From Octopus bimaculoides (lineage: Eukaryota), in assembly GCF_001194135.2 (NCBI RefSeq), contig NC_068981.1, forward strand, positions 177,236,969 to 177,300,968: a DNA stretch of 64,000 nucleotides, read 5' to 3'. The position numbers and the translations under genes were made by a program. The notes beneath the pieces were generated by a model. The model worked only from the letters and a program-made list of their open reading frames with translations, was not told the origin of the DNA and made no database searches. Below, piece after piece: positions 62,871 to 64,000 of this stretch (its first letter is position 1; the number at the start of each line of letters is the position of its first letter).

Positions 62871-64000
62871 TTATATTAATTATTTCCGAAAATACTGATT
62901 ATTCCGAGCATATTTCAGTATTATTATGACATCTATTTAATTTGTCATTTCAACTTTTAACTTACTTATCTCAGCCTGTCAAACAAATGACGTGGAATAC
63001 AGCCCTGTGCTAATACTAACGATCGCTTGAGTCATCCGGATTCCTTATCTGTATAATGGGAACAGGATATATTTAATTGAATCAGCGCATTGGTGTCAAG
63101 GAAATGAAAGTATTTATTTCATATTATTGAACCCGGACATTTAAAAAGCAAAGCAAATTTGAATCTGGATATGTAAATTAGATAAAACAACCAATCCAGT
63201 TTTCTGAACCAAGTCCGCCAATGTATATAATTAAACTAGTGTTTATTCTACTCACCAGTAACACATACATATGTACAAAAAAAAATGGCTACGCGATATT
63301 TTTTGTAGTATATTTTGAGAAAAATGCCACCAGGAGAGAAATACTTTACATACATTTACATAAGATTTTACGTGTCTGAATCTAGTATGATTAAAGGCTT
63401 GTGCATGATTATTTGATTGCACCTGCTTTTTTATTGTCTGTTTGTTTTTTGTAAAAGAGGAAGATGGAGAGGCTTCCAAAGATGTTAATCTTCTGTCTGA
63501 ACTTCTATAAATTGACGTCTGTGGGAAAACGTGCAGCTCTGAGGAAGAAGGACTGAGAAAATTGTCTATTGTAGATAAATTCAAGGGAAATACATAAGAG
63601 TAACAAGGAGAGGGGTGAGGCTAGCACATTTGGTAAAAGTAGTACCAACTGGCTAACTAAAGAAGCAAAGGCTGTATCAGTAGCGTCCATGAATCTGTAG
63701 CCGCATGCTGATGAATGGGTCTTTGCCAATTAGCAGAATGATCTTTTTGTTAGTCTAAAATGTTTGCGCAAGTAGCAGTTGCATCATTTCAGGTAAGTAA
63801 AGAATACTTTAATGTGAGTCGCACTTGAGGTTTGTAGAAGGCCAGGAACTGAAATAGCTTTTGATCCAAAAGGGGCAGCCTAGCATTATAGAAAATAATA
63901 AGAAATATATATAACCTACATCTAAAGAGACAGAGTATTAAAATTGAGGTAGGGACGAGATAAAGGTAACCCGAAAAGAGGAGGTAATAGGTATGGGCGT

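Overview
AT-rich, repeat-saturated eukaryotic DNA, most likely octopus/coleoid cephalopod. This is inferred from the tRNA-derived SINE families, the RTE LINE with a (GAT)n tail and the divergent GC-rich 28S fragment; no search was run. Only one convincing host coding exon is present: minus strand, 16580->15807, an acidic, Q-rich, unassignable N-terminus. Its probable promoter/5'UTR exons lie 23-26 kb upstream, in a repeat-poor, CpG-richer block at ~39.5-43.1 kb. The rest is a mobile-element graveyard: RTE LINEs, NeSL/R2-like LINE, Penelope-like elements, Gypsy gag, mariner, DD41D Tc1/mariner, hAT, P-like, piggyBac-like, a Merlin-like element and many SINEs, with microsatellites and eight N-gaps. 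The most interesting observations are: (i) a tailless 28S rRNA retrocopy bounded by a target-site duplication, carrying a large D11 expansion and an altered sarcin-ricin loop; (ii) three different minimal hammerhead-ribozyme motifs in microsatellite-embedded repeats; (iii) a Merlin-like TIR element carrying (TAACCC)n; (iv) all four head x tail combinations of a modular SINE set in one window; (v) a variable-copy ~65-nt array in RTE 3'UTRs. All assignments are by eye, and boundaries of decayed elements are approximate.
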